From Ignavibacteriota bacterium (GTDB lineage: Bacteria > Bacteroidota > Ignavibacteria > Palsa-1295): a stretch of 64,000 bases of DNA. The notes beneath the pieces are model-generated. The model searched no databases and was not told the DNA's origin. It was given only the letters and a program-made list of their open reading frames with translations. Numbering within the stretch: position 1 is the stretch's first letter; each line of letters starts with the position of its first letter. The translations under genes were made by a program, and so were the position numbers. The stretch covers positions 10,162-74,161 of the forward strand of contig CAWCCK010000014.1 in assembly GCA_963794025.1 (NCBI GenBank), in the 5' to 3' direction. Of this stretch, positions 1 to 10,900 are shown piece after piece.

Positions 1-315
1 AATGAAGAGAACCGCAAGCGCAACGAGGAAAACAGAAGGCGTACCGAAGCGGAGGAACGAAATAAAAAGTACAAGCAGGAAAAACCGTTACGCGATAAAA
101 TATCGAAAATCGAAAAACAGATCGAAAAGTTAGAAAAAGAAAAACTTACGATCGAAGATGGAATGTACGATCCCGGTTATTATTCCGATGCGGAGCGCGT
201 GAAATCAAACGCAGCTCGGTTGGAATCCATAAAAAGCGAACTCGAAAAACTTATGTTTGATTGGGCGGGTATGAATGAGACGCTAGGATCGCAATTGGTT
301 TCGAAGCCGGAATAG
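1..315 (+). CDS. ABC-F family ATPase, C-terminal fragment (partial at window edge)
   Basis: Frame 1 is open from 1 to TAG at 313-315. It reads ...RTEAEERNKKYKQEKPLRDKISKIEKQIEKLEKEK...DPGYYSDAERVK...LEKLMFDW, the coiled-coil C-terminal pattern of Uup/YheS-type ABC-F proteins. Not in the ORF track. Confidence 0.75.
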   Translation, partial: NEENRKRNEENRRRTEAEERNKKYKQEKPLRDKISKIEKQIEKLEKEKLTIEDGMYDPGYYSDAERVKSNAARLESIKSELEKLMFDWAGMNETLGSQLVSKPE

Positions 316-1303
316 ATTCCATTGCGATCTTGATCATCGAAGTGATCGGCACGGAAAGCACCATCCCCCACGGCCCCCAGACCCATCCCCAGAATATCAA
401 CGAGATCAGAACAACTAATGGACTAAGATCGAGACTGGAACCCATAATGCGCGGGGTTATAATACTTCCCCACAGGAACTGAACGGCAATAAGAGTTCCA
501 GCAACTGCAATAGGAGTTGAAATAGCGTCGAACTGAAGAAATGCTGCCACGATCGGAAGCGACATCGCAATAATGGAACCGATCGTTGGAATAAAGCAGA
601 CAATAAACGTTACAAGACCCCACAAGAGAGCAAGATCGACTCCGAATGCGGATAAAATGATCGTGGAGATGATTCCGCTCACGATATTTATCAGGGTTAC
701 AGTGATGAAATAGCGTTCGGTTTTTTTATCGATGCGCTCGATGACTGCGATGATCTCTTCTGCTCACGATGGATATGCTGCCCGAATTTTACGCTCGAAT
801 AATCCATTGCCTTCTAAAATAAAAAGCATGAAAAGTAAGATGAGTCCGAGGCCGCTCATGACTGATACGAACCCTCCCGCACCGGCATAGATCAAACCAA
901 AGATGGATGACATTTGCACCAAGTTCGACCATTGCAATGACTTGATCTGTTCCTGAATCGATGCCGGTGCAGCGGCCAGCAGGTTTTCGATACCGGGAAG
1001 TAAGCTGTTATTCCATCTGGCCTCATAACGTGGCATTGCCGCCATCAGCGAGTTTACACTCGAAACTGCAACGACCGAAACCCCAAAGAGCACCGCGCCC
1101 ACCAGCACTAATACCAATAGCAAAATAATGGCTATTGGAACGCGCTTCGTTCGAAGATAGACCACGAGCGGACGGAAGATATTTGATAAAAACAGCGCGA
1201 CCACGAATGGCAGCAGAACCGGCTGCATGGCATGAAGCGCAGCGCCTCCCACCACGAGAGCGAGGATTGCAAGGGGAAAAGTAATCGAGCGCGGAACTGA
1301 CAT
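251..1303 (-). pseudogene. AI-2E (PerM/TqsA) family transporter interrupted by one in-frame TGA at 764-766
   Basis: ORFs 764..1303 and 251..682 are in the same frame, and reading through gives AAYPS*AEEIIAVIERIDKKTERYFITVTLINIVSG. AI-2E motifs FIPTIGSIIA and LSPLVVLISLIFWGWVWGPWGMVLSVP are present. Confidence 0.85.
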
Positions 1304-1308
1304 CGTTA

Positions 1309-1316
1309 CAAAAATA
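1309..1316 (-). promoter_or_regulatory. Bacteroidota-type -7 promoter element TATTTTTG
   Basis: Exact TAnnTTTG match ending 5 nt before the ATG at 1303. Confidence 0.55.
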
Positions 1317-1418
1317 CAACTATTACGTTACCTTTAGACAGAACCGTCCTTTTTCATAAGGAATTATTCATGCTCGAAATGGAATGACACTCGGTATGAA
1401 ACGGTTAACTTTATTGTT

Positions 1419-1820
1419 ATGAAACGCGCAGTTTTTAGTATTTTTAGCATCGTCGGAATCCTCATCGTTTTCACGCAGGGATGCGGTGGTATTTCAAATG
1501 CAGATCAGATCGTTTTTCCGGCAACCGGCGTGAGCTACTCGCAACAAGTCGAGCCGCTTTTCACGCTTGCTTGTAACGTTCCCGGCTGCCATGATGCCAT
1601 CGATGCAGCCGGCGGAGTAGATCTTTCGAATTGGTATGCGATTCGCAGCTATTATCCCGGCCTTGTTGATGTGAACACTACAAATCCTAATCTCGATACA
1701 TCCTGCATCCTGATCAGGACATTGTTTGCTGAGGAACTTCATGCCGCCCCACTCAACGTCAATCAAAATCAGCGCGATGGAATTAAACAATGGATCTTCG
1801 AAGGTGCACAGAATAATTAA
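1419..1820 (+). CDS. Lipoprotein with c-type cytochrome-like domain (CX4CH), paralog 1
   Basis: Lipobox-like FTQG-C, then VSYSQQVEPLFTLAC-NVPG-CH and C-terminal IKQWIFEGAQNN, typical of Planctomycete/Bacteroidota-type cytochrome c domains. Confidence 0.7.
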   Translation: MKRAVFSIFSIVGILIVFTQGCGGISNADQIVFPATGVSYSQQVEPLFTLACNVPGCHDAIDAAGGVDLSNWYAIRSYYPGLVDVNTTNPNLDTSCILIRTLFAEELHAAPLNVNQNQRDGIKQWIFEGAQNN

Positions 1821-1823
1821 AAG

Positions 1824-2231
1824 ATGAAACGCGCTCTGATTGGTATCTTTGGCATTATCGTAATCCTTAGCTTTTTCACGCTGGGATGCGGCGGTATTTC
1901 AAATGCGAATCAGATCGTTTTTCCTGATACGGGAGTTAGCTATTCCCAGCAGGTCGAGCCGCTTTTTACGCTTGCTTGCAATAGCGGCAACTGCCATAAC
2001 TCGACCGACGTGGCAGGCAATGTTGATCTTTCCACGTATTCTTCTATAATCAGCGGTCTAAACGGGAGCCTTGTAGATGTAAATAAACAGAATCCTCAGT
2101 ACGACACATCATCGATCCTCCTCCTAACTTTGTTTGACGAGGTGCCTCATGCTGCTGCTGCTCTTGATGTGAACGAAAATCAGCGCGATGGTATTAAGAC
2201 ATGGATCATGGAAGGAGCACTTCTCAATTGA
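1824..2231 (+). CDS. Lipoprotein with c-type cytochrome-like domain (CX4CH), paralog 2
   Basis: FTLG-C lipobox, C-NSGN-CH and IKTWIMEGALLN. Clearly homologous to 1419..1820. Confidence 0.7.
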   Translation: MKRALIGIFGIIVILSFFTLGCGGISNANQIVFPDTGVSYSQQVEPLFTLACNSGNCHNSTDVAGNVDLSTYSSIISGLNGSLVDVNKQNPQYDTSSILLLTLFDEVPHAAAALDVNENQRDGIKTWIMEGALLN

Positions 2232-3640
2232 AAACGACCGTATTAAAATATTTAACTATCGCGATCGCTATTGCAGCATTTGCAAAGGGCGCTTCGGCAC
2301 AGTGGCATTCACACGATTCGCGGATGTATTTCGATTACGGCGATCCGATCATGACGAGCGTGGTGCAATCGCCGGATGGCCGCACGGCGGACGTTCGCCT
2401 CACCACATCGAGTTCCATGTTTTCTTTTCTTCGCTCAAAAAATCCCGATCACGGAGCATATTATGCACTGCGAGAAGTAACGATCGAAGTGCTGGAACAA
2501 GGAAATGCACAGCCTGTTCTCACCCGGAACATTATCGACACGATCTACGCAAATACTTTCGACGAAACGGTTTCAAAAACGAATTGGCACGCTATGATGG
2601 AGCGCGTTTCCTTCCCATCGTTCGATACCGATAAACGATACTCGCTTCAAGTCGAAGTGCGCGATAACATCGACCGCATGGTCATGCGTCCGGAAATTTT
2701 CGATCTGCATTCGATCAAGGACGCGCATCCGCAATACATTACCGGCGGGAAGGGAAATATATCTATTGGAGATATTTCGCTTATCGATAGCATGAAAGGT
2801 ACTACGGCCTTTGTCAGCGCGCGCGGAAATAGTTACATGTTCAGTCGCAATGTGGTTGGCACGGTGGCATTTCGAATGCCGGATACGCTTGATGCGCTGC
2901 CAAGCCTCGATGTAACTGTTCGGCAGGTGAAAAACTTTATCGATCCTGCCGATACCGGCGAGCGTTATCATTCCCAGATCGATCTTGGAGATATGCATCA
3001 AAAATCCGCGCTGCACTTTGTATCGGCGGATAGTATTTTGAAATATGAACTTCGTCCCGATAGCGATGGGCAACTGTGGACTGCGATCTTTAACGTTCCC
3101 GGCGAAAAATTCGAGCAAGGTAAATACCAGTTTTTAGTTCACATCAAATCCGGGAACGTTGAACGCACGCAAACGAACGATTTCTCGCTCGTGTGGCAGA
3201 ACATGCCACTCTCGCTCGGCGACCCGATCGACGCCATCGAACCGCTCGAAATCATCATGAAGTCCGACGATTATTCTACGCTCAACTCCGGTTCCGATAA
3301 GGAAAAAATGAAAAAGGTCTATGCCTTCTGGCGTCCGCAAGACCCCACGCCAGCAACTGCATACAACGAGCGCATGGCAACCTTTTACCAGCGCGTGGAT
3401 TTTGCAGATTTTAATTATGCGACCGGAAGAATGCTCGATGGTTCCAACACCGATCGTGGTAAAGTGTATATTCTCTATGGCCCGCCGACGAAGATCGAGC
3501 GCACTTTCATTCCCGGCGATGCACCAACGGAAACCTGGACCTACACCAATAACGTAGCCAAAATTTTTCACTTCGAAGAACATGGTTCCGTGTATAAGCT
3601 TTCCGATATTCAGCAGATCGCCGCTAAAGCAAATAATTAA
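2228..3640 (+). CDS. GWxTD domain-containing secreted protein
   Basis: FWRPQDPTPAT..NE...FYQRV...GSNTDRGKVYILYGPP...ETWTY matches the GWxTD domain. Signal peptide follows a TTG at 2228 that overlaps the upstream TGA (ORF track start 2201). Confidence 0.85.
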   Translation: MKTTVLKYLTIAIAIAAFAKGASAQWHSHDSRMYFDYGDPIMTSVVQSPDGRTADVRLTTSSSMFSFLRSKNPDHGAYYALREVTIEVLEQGNAQPVLTRNIIDTIYANTFDETVSKTNWHAMMERVSFPSFDTDKRYSLQVEVRDNIDRMVMRPEIFDLHSIKDAHPQYITGGKGNISIGDISLIDSMKGTTAFVSARGNSYMFSRNVVGTVAFRMPDTLDALPSLDVTVRQVKNFIDPADTGERYHSQIDLGDMHQKSALHFVSADSILKYELRPDSDGQLWTAIFNVPGEKFEQGKYQFLVHIKSGNVERTQTNDFSLVWQNMPLSLGDPIDAIEPLEIIMKSDDYSTLNSGSDKEKMKKVYAFWRPQDPTPATAYNERMATFYQRVDFADFNYATGRMLDGSNTDRGKVYILYGPPTKIERTFIPGDAPTETWTYTNNVAKIFHFEEHGSVYKLSDIQQIAAKANN

Positions 3641-4035
3641 TGCCCCGCATAGGCCACATCATTCTGAACGTCTCTAACTTCGAACGTTCCGAAGCATTTT
3701 ACGACCGCATTCTTCTGAAAATCGGGTTCCAATCCGATCACCGCGAGCAGACAAGCGATTTTGCCACCAAATCCTACCGGCTGAACGAACATAATCTCTG
3801 GATCAGATGGGATGCGAGCACAACGCACCAGCCGTTCGTGCGCGATGTAGGACTCGATCACATTGCATTTTTTGTGGATTCCAAACAAGAGGTTGATGAA
3901 ATGTACGAAGAACTTAAATCCGCGAACGCGCGGATAACCCGCCCGCCCGCACATTACCCCGAATACTCACCAGAGTATTACGCCTTTTACTTCCGCGACC
4001 CGGATGAGGTGCGGCTGGAGATAGGGGTTGGATAA
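3640..4035 (+). CDS. VOC/glyoxalase family protein
   Basis: IGHIILNVSNFERSEAFYD, GLDHIAF, YYAFYFRDPD..RLEI. Confidence 0.9.
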   Translation: MPRIGHIILNVSNFERSEAFYDRILLKIGFQSDHREQTSDFATKSYRLNEHNLWIRWDASTTHQPFVRDVGLDHIAFFVDSKQEVDEMYEELKSANARITRPPAHYPEYSPEYYAFYFRDPDEVRLEIGVG

Positions 4036-4045
4036 AAGCTCCCAG

Positions 4046-5404
<1,359 letters not shown>

Positions 5405-5431
5405 TTACCCTTCGTGCGGGCGGATATTACA

Positions 5432-5456
5432 ACGAATCTTACGCCGGTAAGTTTCG
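5432..5456 (-). promoter_or_regulatory. Putative ECF-sigma promoter GAAAC-N16-CGT upstream of purA
   Basis: Minus strand reads gAAAC ttaccggcgtaagatt CGTtg, the same spacing as the motif upstream of the ECF sigma gene. Confidence 0.4.
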
Positions 5457-5490
5457 AAAATCCTTAGCCGTTTTTTTCTATTCCTTCACA

Positions 5491-5563
5491 TGCCCTTGCG
5501 AGAAGCAATCTCAGGCGAAACAACACCGTGAAAAACTGCCTGAGATCGCTTCCTCGCAATGAC
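5491..5563. repeat. Degenerate REP-like palindrome (TTGCGAG...GAAGCAATCTC...GAGAT...CTCGCAATGAC family)
   Basis: Shares arms with 21164..21258 and 39501..39642. Confidence 0.7.
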
Positions 5564-5581
5564 TGGATAAGAACTTTTTCT

Positions 5582-6013
5582 CTAAAACATCATGGCCTTC
5601 CGATTCGCACCCGGCCCGATACGATAAATAATTTTCCTAATCGTATCAATCTGCAAATACGGATACACCGCTTGCAGTTTAGCCAGCGCCTCGCAACTTT
5701 TCAGTTCCTGCTGCTCGCGCATCGTCTTGAACGCTTTGCGAATAATGTGATCGCGTATTCCCTTCTCGCTGATGAGATCGTGCGCCCGCAAAATTTCATA
5801 GAACTCGTCCGGGATCAGATCCGGAACCGGATTATTCGCCGGCATGGAACCCAGCGAACCATCATTTGCAGGATACGGACTATCCTGAAGATCGACAAAC
5901 GCAGCAAGCTCGTGGCTGCCGTGCGATGACCGTAATGTGGCAGAAGCAGCATGAGCCTGGCTAAATCCAGCGCGGTTCATGCGAGAGGGAGAAGGAATCG
6001 TGGTTAATGACAT
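5582..6013 (-). CDS. Hypothetical protein with C-terminal Mor-like helix-turn-helix
   Basis: IRDHIIRKAF...ALAKLQAVYPYLQIDTIRKIIY resembles the Mor/C activator HTH pattern. The N-terminal ~60 aa are low complexity. Confidence 0.55.
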   Translation of the reverse strand: MSLTTIPSPSRMNRAGFSQAHAASATLRSSHGSHELAAFVDLQDSPYPANDGSLGSMPANNPVPDLIPDEFYEILRAHDLISEKGIRDHIIRKAFKTMREQQELKSCEALAKLQAVYPYLQIDTIRKIIYRIGPGANRKAMMF

Positions 6014-6054
6014 AGTCTTTCAGAAGTTAGATTGATTAAAAGACTCCGTCTAAA

Positions 6055-6233
6055 CGAAGAGCTAAAAAATGGAAGTTTGCCGCTTGGAGCTTCGTATTCT
6101 CGCCGCGAAACCAGTCCGGTGCGCAGAAAATACGTCTCGATTATTACCCTGCTAACGCTGGCAGCCTTAGCTGCATTAGCGTTCGCAGGGTACCGCTCAA
6201 AAAGCGGCAAATCCATTACGAAACGATCTCTCG
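6055..6233 (-). ncRNA. Putative structured cis-regulatory RNA (three-way junction) in the leader of 5582..6013
   Basis: Outer stem tttgccgctt/aagcggcaaa encloses two hairpins, cgtatt..aatacg and accctgc..gcagggt. A U-tract follows the core stem on the minus strand. Confidence 0.5.
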
Positions 6234-6368
6234 TCTCTTATAGCCTCTCCGAAAAACAGCGTTTCGTTGCCAAAAACGCCGTTTTCAGACAGAGAACAGT
6301 ATCAAATGTCCTTCTGAAAGTATGTTTTATATTCCACTAAGGGATGCTGAATTACATCCTCTATAACA

Positions 6369-6396
6369 AAGACCCGCGAAAACCGAAAAGGTTACA
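6369..6396 (-). promoter_or_regulatory. Putative ECF-sigma promoter TGTAAC-N16-GGTCTT
   Basis: Minus strand reads tGTAAC cttttcggttttcgcg GGTctt, pointing at the structured leader. Confidence 0.4.
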
Positions 6397-6512
6397 ATTT
6401 ATTTAAAGTATTTTTTTGTGACCTGCCATTTCCGGCACCATTTCGACTTCGCGGTACAAAAATAATACAATTTTTAGCCGAAATCGCAAAATTCGAAATT
6501 TGATCTCCCATT

Positions 6513-6547
6513 TCTTACTTCTTAACTCTTACTTCCTACTTCTTACC
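6513..6547. repeat. 7-bp tandem microsatellite (TCTTACT)n
   Basis: tcttact tcttaac tcttact tcctact tcttacc. Confidence 0.75.
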
Positions 6548-6876
6548 CCATCCTTCCCTAATCCTGATAATCCGGTGAATCGTGGTCTATCGGGGTCATG
6601 CTTTGCTCCAAGAAATAGTTTTCATTGATGTTGTGCGCGTTTAATACTTCCTACGATCGTCGTTTCCCAGCCAATTCCGCCATTTGCTTCTTAAAGAAAT
6701 AGGTGCCCATCAAACGCAATTGAATTGTCATTTAATGAACTCATCTCAACTTTTCATGAACTTATGCAATTTGTTTCTTCCTGAAAAATAGGTGCCTATT
6801 ACAATACCTTCAATATAACATATCCCAAACCCAAAAGCAACGAAATCCACAATTATTTTTGAAAAATCCGATAAAC

Positions 6877-6982
6877 GTAGGGACGTGCTGCGCACGTCCG
6901 CTTTGCGCGACCACACATTTCAGATTTCGGATAATCTCAATATCTGTGACATGCCGGCACGGATGTGGCAGCACCTCCTTAC
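6877..6982. repeat. GTAG-family REP doublet (REPIN-like), right copy degenerate
   Basis: gtagggacgtgctgcgcacgtcc at 6877-6899 is identical to 50109-50131. An inverted degenerate copy ggatgtggcagcacctccttac lies at 6961-6982. Confidence 0.75.
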
Positions 6983-7022
6983 GGTTCTACACGTTACCTA
7001 ATACGCCCGTAAAAAAATGTCG

Positions 7023-7030
7023 TATTTTTG
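7023..7030 (+). promoter_or_regulatory. Bacteroidota-type -7 promoter element TATTTTTG
   Basis: TAnnTTTG match ending 9 nt before the ATG at 7040. Confidence 0.55.
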
Positions 7031-7039
7031 CGTTCAAAT

Positions 7040-7825
7040 ATGCCAGAAAAAAAGCCCACCCATTCGAACCCGATCTCTGCGGAAGAAATTCTTGCGATGT
7101 ACGACACCGTCCTGCCATTGCTTTACCATGAACAGGAGGGGCTCGATGCTACCGAACAGATTAGGAAGCACGCGCGCACCTTCATCCCATTCGATTACTT
7201 TCACTATGATATAGAAATTGCTTTGATCGATGAGGATGATCGTGGACTGGAGATACGGTTAAACAAGTTGGAGCGGCTCGATCACGCTAAACCAGAATTG
7301 TTACCCAAGGAGACATTCGAAGAAATGCTTGAGCGTGATTATCAGGCCTGCGTGGAGGAATTTCACGAGAAATATGGCGATCAGCAAAAGTTTGACTATT
7401 ATCGCATTCTTTCCAACGAAAATCCAAAGATTGCCATCGGATTATTCCGCCGAACGGATAATGCCGGATCCAATTGTTTTACGAAGCATGACCAGCAATT
7501 ACTTGATCGCTTGGCCCCGCATCTCTTTCTGATGTATAGGATCATTATGCTTCATACCTATCATTCAGAGAACATACAATATTTTCGCATATTTACAAGG
7601 CTTGCCTCGAAGATGGTTAATGACCATCTGTTGTCAGACTCCGAAGTCAAGCTTGTCCCCGATATTCTCTTCGGTTACTCGAACGAAGAAATCGCCGAAC
7701 GGCATTTTGTTTCGCCGGCAACGATCAAAACGCATATCAATCATATCTTTAAGAAGACCGATACGAAGAGCCGGGTGGAATTCATAACAAAGTTCTTCAC
7801 CTCGCCGGAACACGTCCAGTTATAG
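7040..7825 (+). CDS. LuxR C-terminal HTH transcriptional regulator with unknown N-terminal sensor domain
   Basis: LSDSEVKLV..ILFGYSNEEIAERHFVSPATIKTHINHIFKKTDTKSRVEF. No receiver domain. Confidence 0.85.
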   Translation: MPEKKPTHSNPISAEEILAMYDTVLPLLYHEQEGLDATEQIRKHARTFIPFDYFHYDIEIALIDEDDRGLEIRLNKLERLDHAKPELLPKETFEEMLERDYQACVEEFHEKYGDQQKFDYYRILSNENPKIAIGLFRRTDNAGSNCFTKHDQQLLDRLAPHLFLMYRIIMLHTYHSENIQYFRIFTRLASKMVNDHLLSDSEVKLVPDILFGYSNEEIAERHFVSPATIKTHINHIFKKTDTKSRVEFITKFFTSPEHVQL

Positions 7826-7918
7826 CCTCTCAACCTGCAGGTTGATTTTTAAAATAGTTGGGAATTTCGGGCATGGAATGCGCTCCGATAATAGTTAGTA
7901 TTATCGGAGGGCATTATT

Positions 7919-10900
7919 ATGAAATTGCGAAAATTAGTTCTCTTTCTTTTGGTTCCGTTCACCGTATCGAATCCGTCCGTCCATGCGCAGATGAATCGCT
8001 GGGAAGAAATTGGTCAGTTAGGACTGGGAATTCAATGCGGTTATTTTTGGAATCGTGACAACGGCGTTATCGCGACAGGCGATGGGCAGTATTATTACAT
8101 GAAAAATGGTGGGGGATGGAAAGCCGGGCAAAAGTTACCGAAAGGAGCGCTCGTCAATTCCATTCGTTGCTTTGATGGATCAACCTTATATTCACCTGTC
8201 CTTGGGTATGCCAATACGAGCGAGTATGAGCTTTGGCGCTCGACGGATAGCGGCGTAACCTGGAACCAACTTTCTGCAGGTATTGTGACCAATGGCCCAG
8301 GCGACAATGGACCTGACGTGTATTGGAATTATAGATTAAATGGCCCCGTACTGAGAGGTTCAACCGATGTTCGACTTGACAGCCTTGACATCATATCCAC
8401 ATGGGACTATACCGGACAAGGCCCGCCAACCTCTTCCCTGGATGGCGGACTGACATGGGGAACCGGCACTCTAACAAAAGCGTCCATTTATTATAATTAT
8501 TATTCCGGATGCGGTGGGTGCGCGGATCAGATCAACAAATTATACTATGCTACTGCGGAAGCAGGGTATCCGGGAATGTTCCGATCCAGCGACTCCGGAA
8601 GATCGTGGACATGTCTAACTTCTTTGCCTCAAAATCTATTTATGATGGATGATGTAGAAGGTCTCTACGACAAAACTTTTATTCAAACATCTCAAGGAAT
8701 GTATGAGACAACCGATAGTGGTAATACCTGGAATGCCATCGGCGGCCCATCGCGCGCGAATTCAGATGACTCGCGTTTCTTCGTCTTCGGCTGTACTGGT
8801 CAGGCCGTAGTTGCCTTTGACGATCAAGGCGGAATCTGGATTATGAACGGATGGGATGCGCCCGATCCGGAGCAACTTCAGTCAACATTCTCCGCGACCG
8901 CGCAAGAATGCGATACTACAACGATTCTCGTCACGGTCGCTGCGGATTTTATGTTCGGACGACTGCTCGTCAAAATTGATGGCGATACCAGCATATTTAC
9001 CCTGCTTAGTCCTGATACCATCAATGTCGATTCGAGTTCGCAACAGATCGTTATTCGTTTTGTTGCACACGATCTTGTACAGCACAACGCTGAGATCTCG
9101 CTTACACCTATCGACTTTGGCGGTTGCGCGATCACACACCCCATTATCGGGCAGGCACATCTTGCTCCGCTTGCCTTTAATTCTCCGATTCAGGTCTTAG
9201 GGTGCGCGCCGGTCGGAGGTGAGATTCTTATCAAAAATCCGAATTGTGAGCTTCTACAGATCATAGGCGATAGTTCCAAATCTCCGGGGCTCGTGCTTTT
9301 GCCGCTCGTTCCCATCAGTTCCGATACGGCTGCCATACCATTTACCTGCCTCTCGCTGCCTAAGAATGGCGAGAGTATAGACACCGTAGAGATTCGGGGA
9401 TTCTTTCAGCCATCTAATACGAACCCGTTCGATACTACGGTCATCGTAAAGATCATTTACCAATATATTCCTTCCACGCTCGCGGCCTCAGAAACGAATT
9501 ACGATCTTGGAACGATAACACAGTGCCTCAGCGCCGACAGCTCGTTCGTGCTTCAGAATACGGGCTGCGATACGCTGTATATTCCACTCTCTCAATACGG
9601 CCTTGCAACAGGCTGGACGCTCACGCCCGCCACCGATACGCTGGAATTATTGCCGGGGCAATTCGATACGATCCATATTCATTTTTCGTCTTTAATTCCC
9701 GGCGTACACAACCAAGTTCTAACATACAACTATTTCGGAGCACATTCCGGAGTTGTTTCCATTAGCATGAGTGCATCGGTAACAGCCGTTGTTCCTGCTG
9801 TTACGCTCTCCGATACAGCAATCGATCTGGGAACCCGCACCATCTGCGCGAACGATACTACGATCGATATTTCTTTTACCGACCTTGGCTGCGATTCGAT
9901 AAGCTTCACGAATTTCCAGCTTGGTTCTGGAACTCCGTTCCAGCTTGTGAACGCAGATGACACGATCGTTCCGCCGAATGGTATCGTACATAAAAACATT
10001 ATCTACCATGGCGCGCAGGATGGTTCCGAGTCCCAAACGCTGACCGTTCATATCAGCCGCACCGATGGAAGTTTTGGGCGCGATACTTCCATTCATTTCA
10101 GCGTGAATGTTACAGGGCAGCTTGCTACGCTTCAGACGCAAACGAGCGCTATCGACGTGGGGCAAACCTATATTTGCGAGGAACGCGATACGTCGGTCGT
10201 GATACAAAATATCGGCTGCGATACCGTGTGCATAACAGGCGTTTCTGTGGTTCCCACGAACTTCATCGTTACAAGCGCCGACGCTTTTTGCATCGCTCCT
10301 GGCGAACAGGATACCATCGCATTACTAACACAGATCGACACCACGGGCGGCACACTAGCGAACCATGCCACGCTCACATTCACGAGCAGTCCGCTGACTT
10401 CGCTGGGAACCATCGCTCTTTCACGGGAGATCGTGTATCCCGTTACATGGGGATTGCATTTATCCCCTCCCGATTCCGCGATCGCCGGCGCGGATGTAAC
10501 CTTCCAAGTCATTCAATCCGGATCGCTGCCACCGGACATTACCGCTCTCGATCTTACGCTCGCGTATGAGGACGATCTCCTGGGCTTCGTGCGCGCAGAG
10601 GAGCCATCGGTCTCACCCGGCGCTTATGTGCGAACGGCAACTGGACTTGCTAATCAAAACTTTCAGATCGCTCCGGTTGGTAACGATTCCATACTCGCAA
10701 CGCTGCATTTCTTTCCGTATCTCACCGTCAGTTCCCAAACGGCTATCGACATAGAAAATCTCAGCTTGGTTTCCTCGCTTGGCCGCTCGCAAGATTGCAT
10801 CGCGAGTGTTGCTACCGGCCAGACCGAATTTACGTTGCGATCGGAGTGCGGCTACGGCGAGATCCAGGGTTTTCTCGATAGCGGCAGAGTGTTCATCGAT

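Noticed and set aside
764..766. Selenocysteine or genome-wide TGA recoding
   Set aside because: The position is not a Cys-type site, no SECIS-like hairpin is evident, and TGA ends many intact genes here (hemF, lipA, aroC).
6032..6340. 102-aa and 70-aa ORFs over the structured leader
   Set aside because: No recognisable protein features; the apparent hydrophobic stretch derives from the palindromic hairpin.
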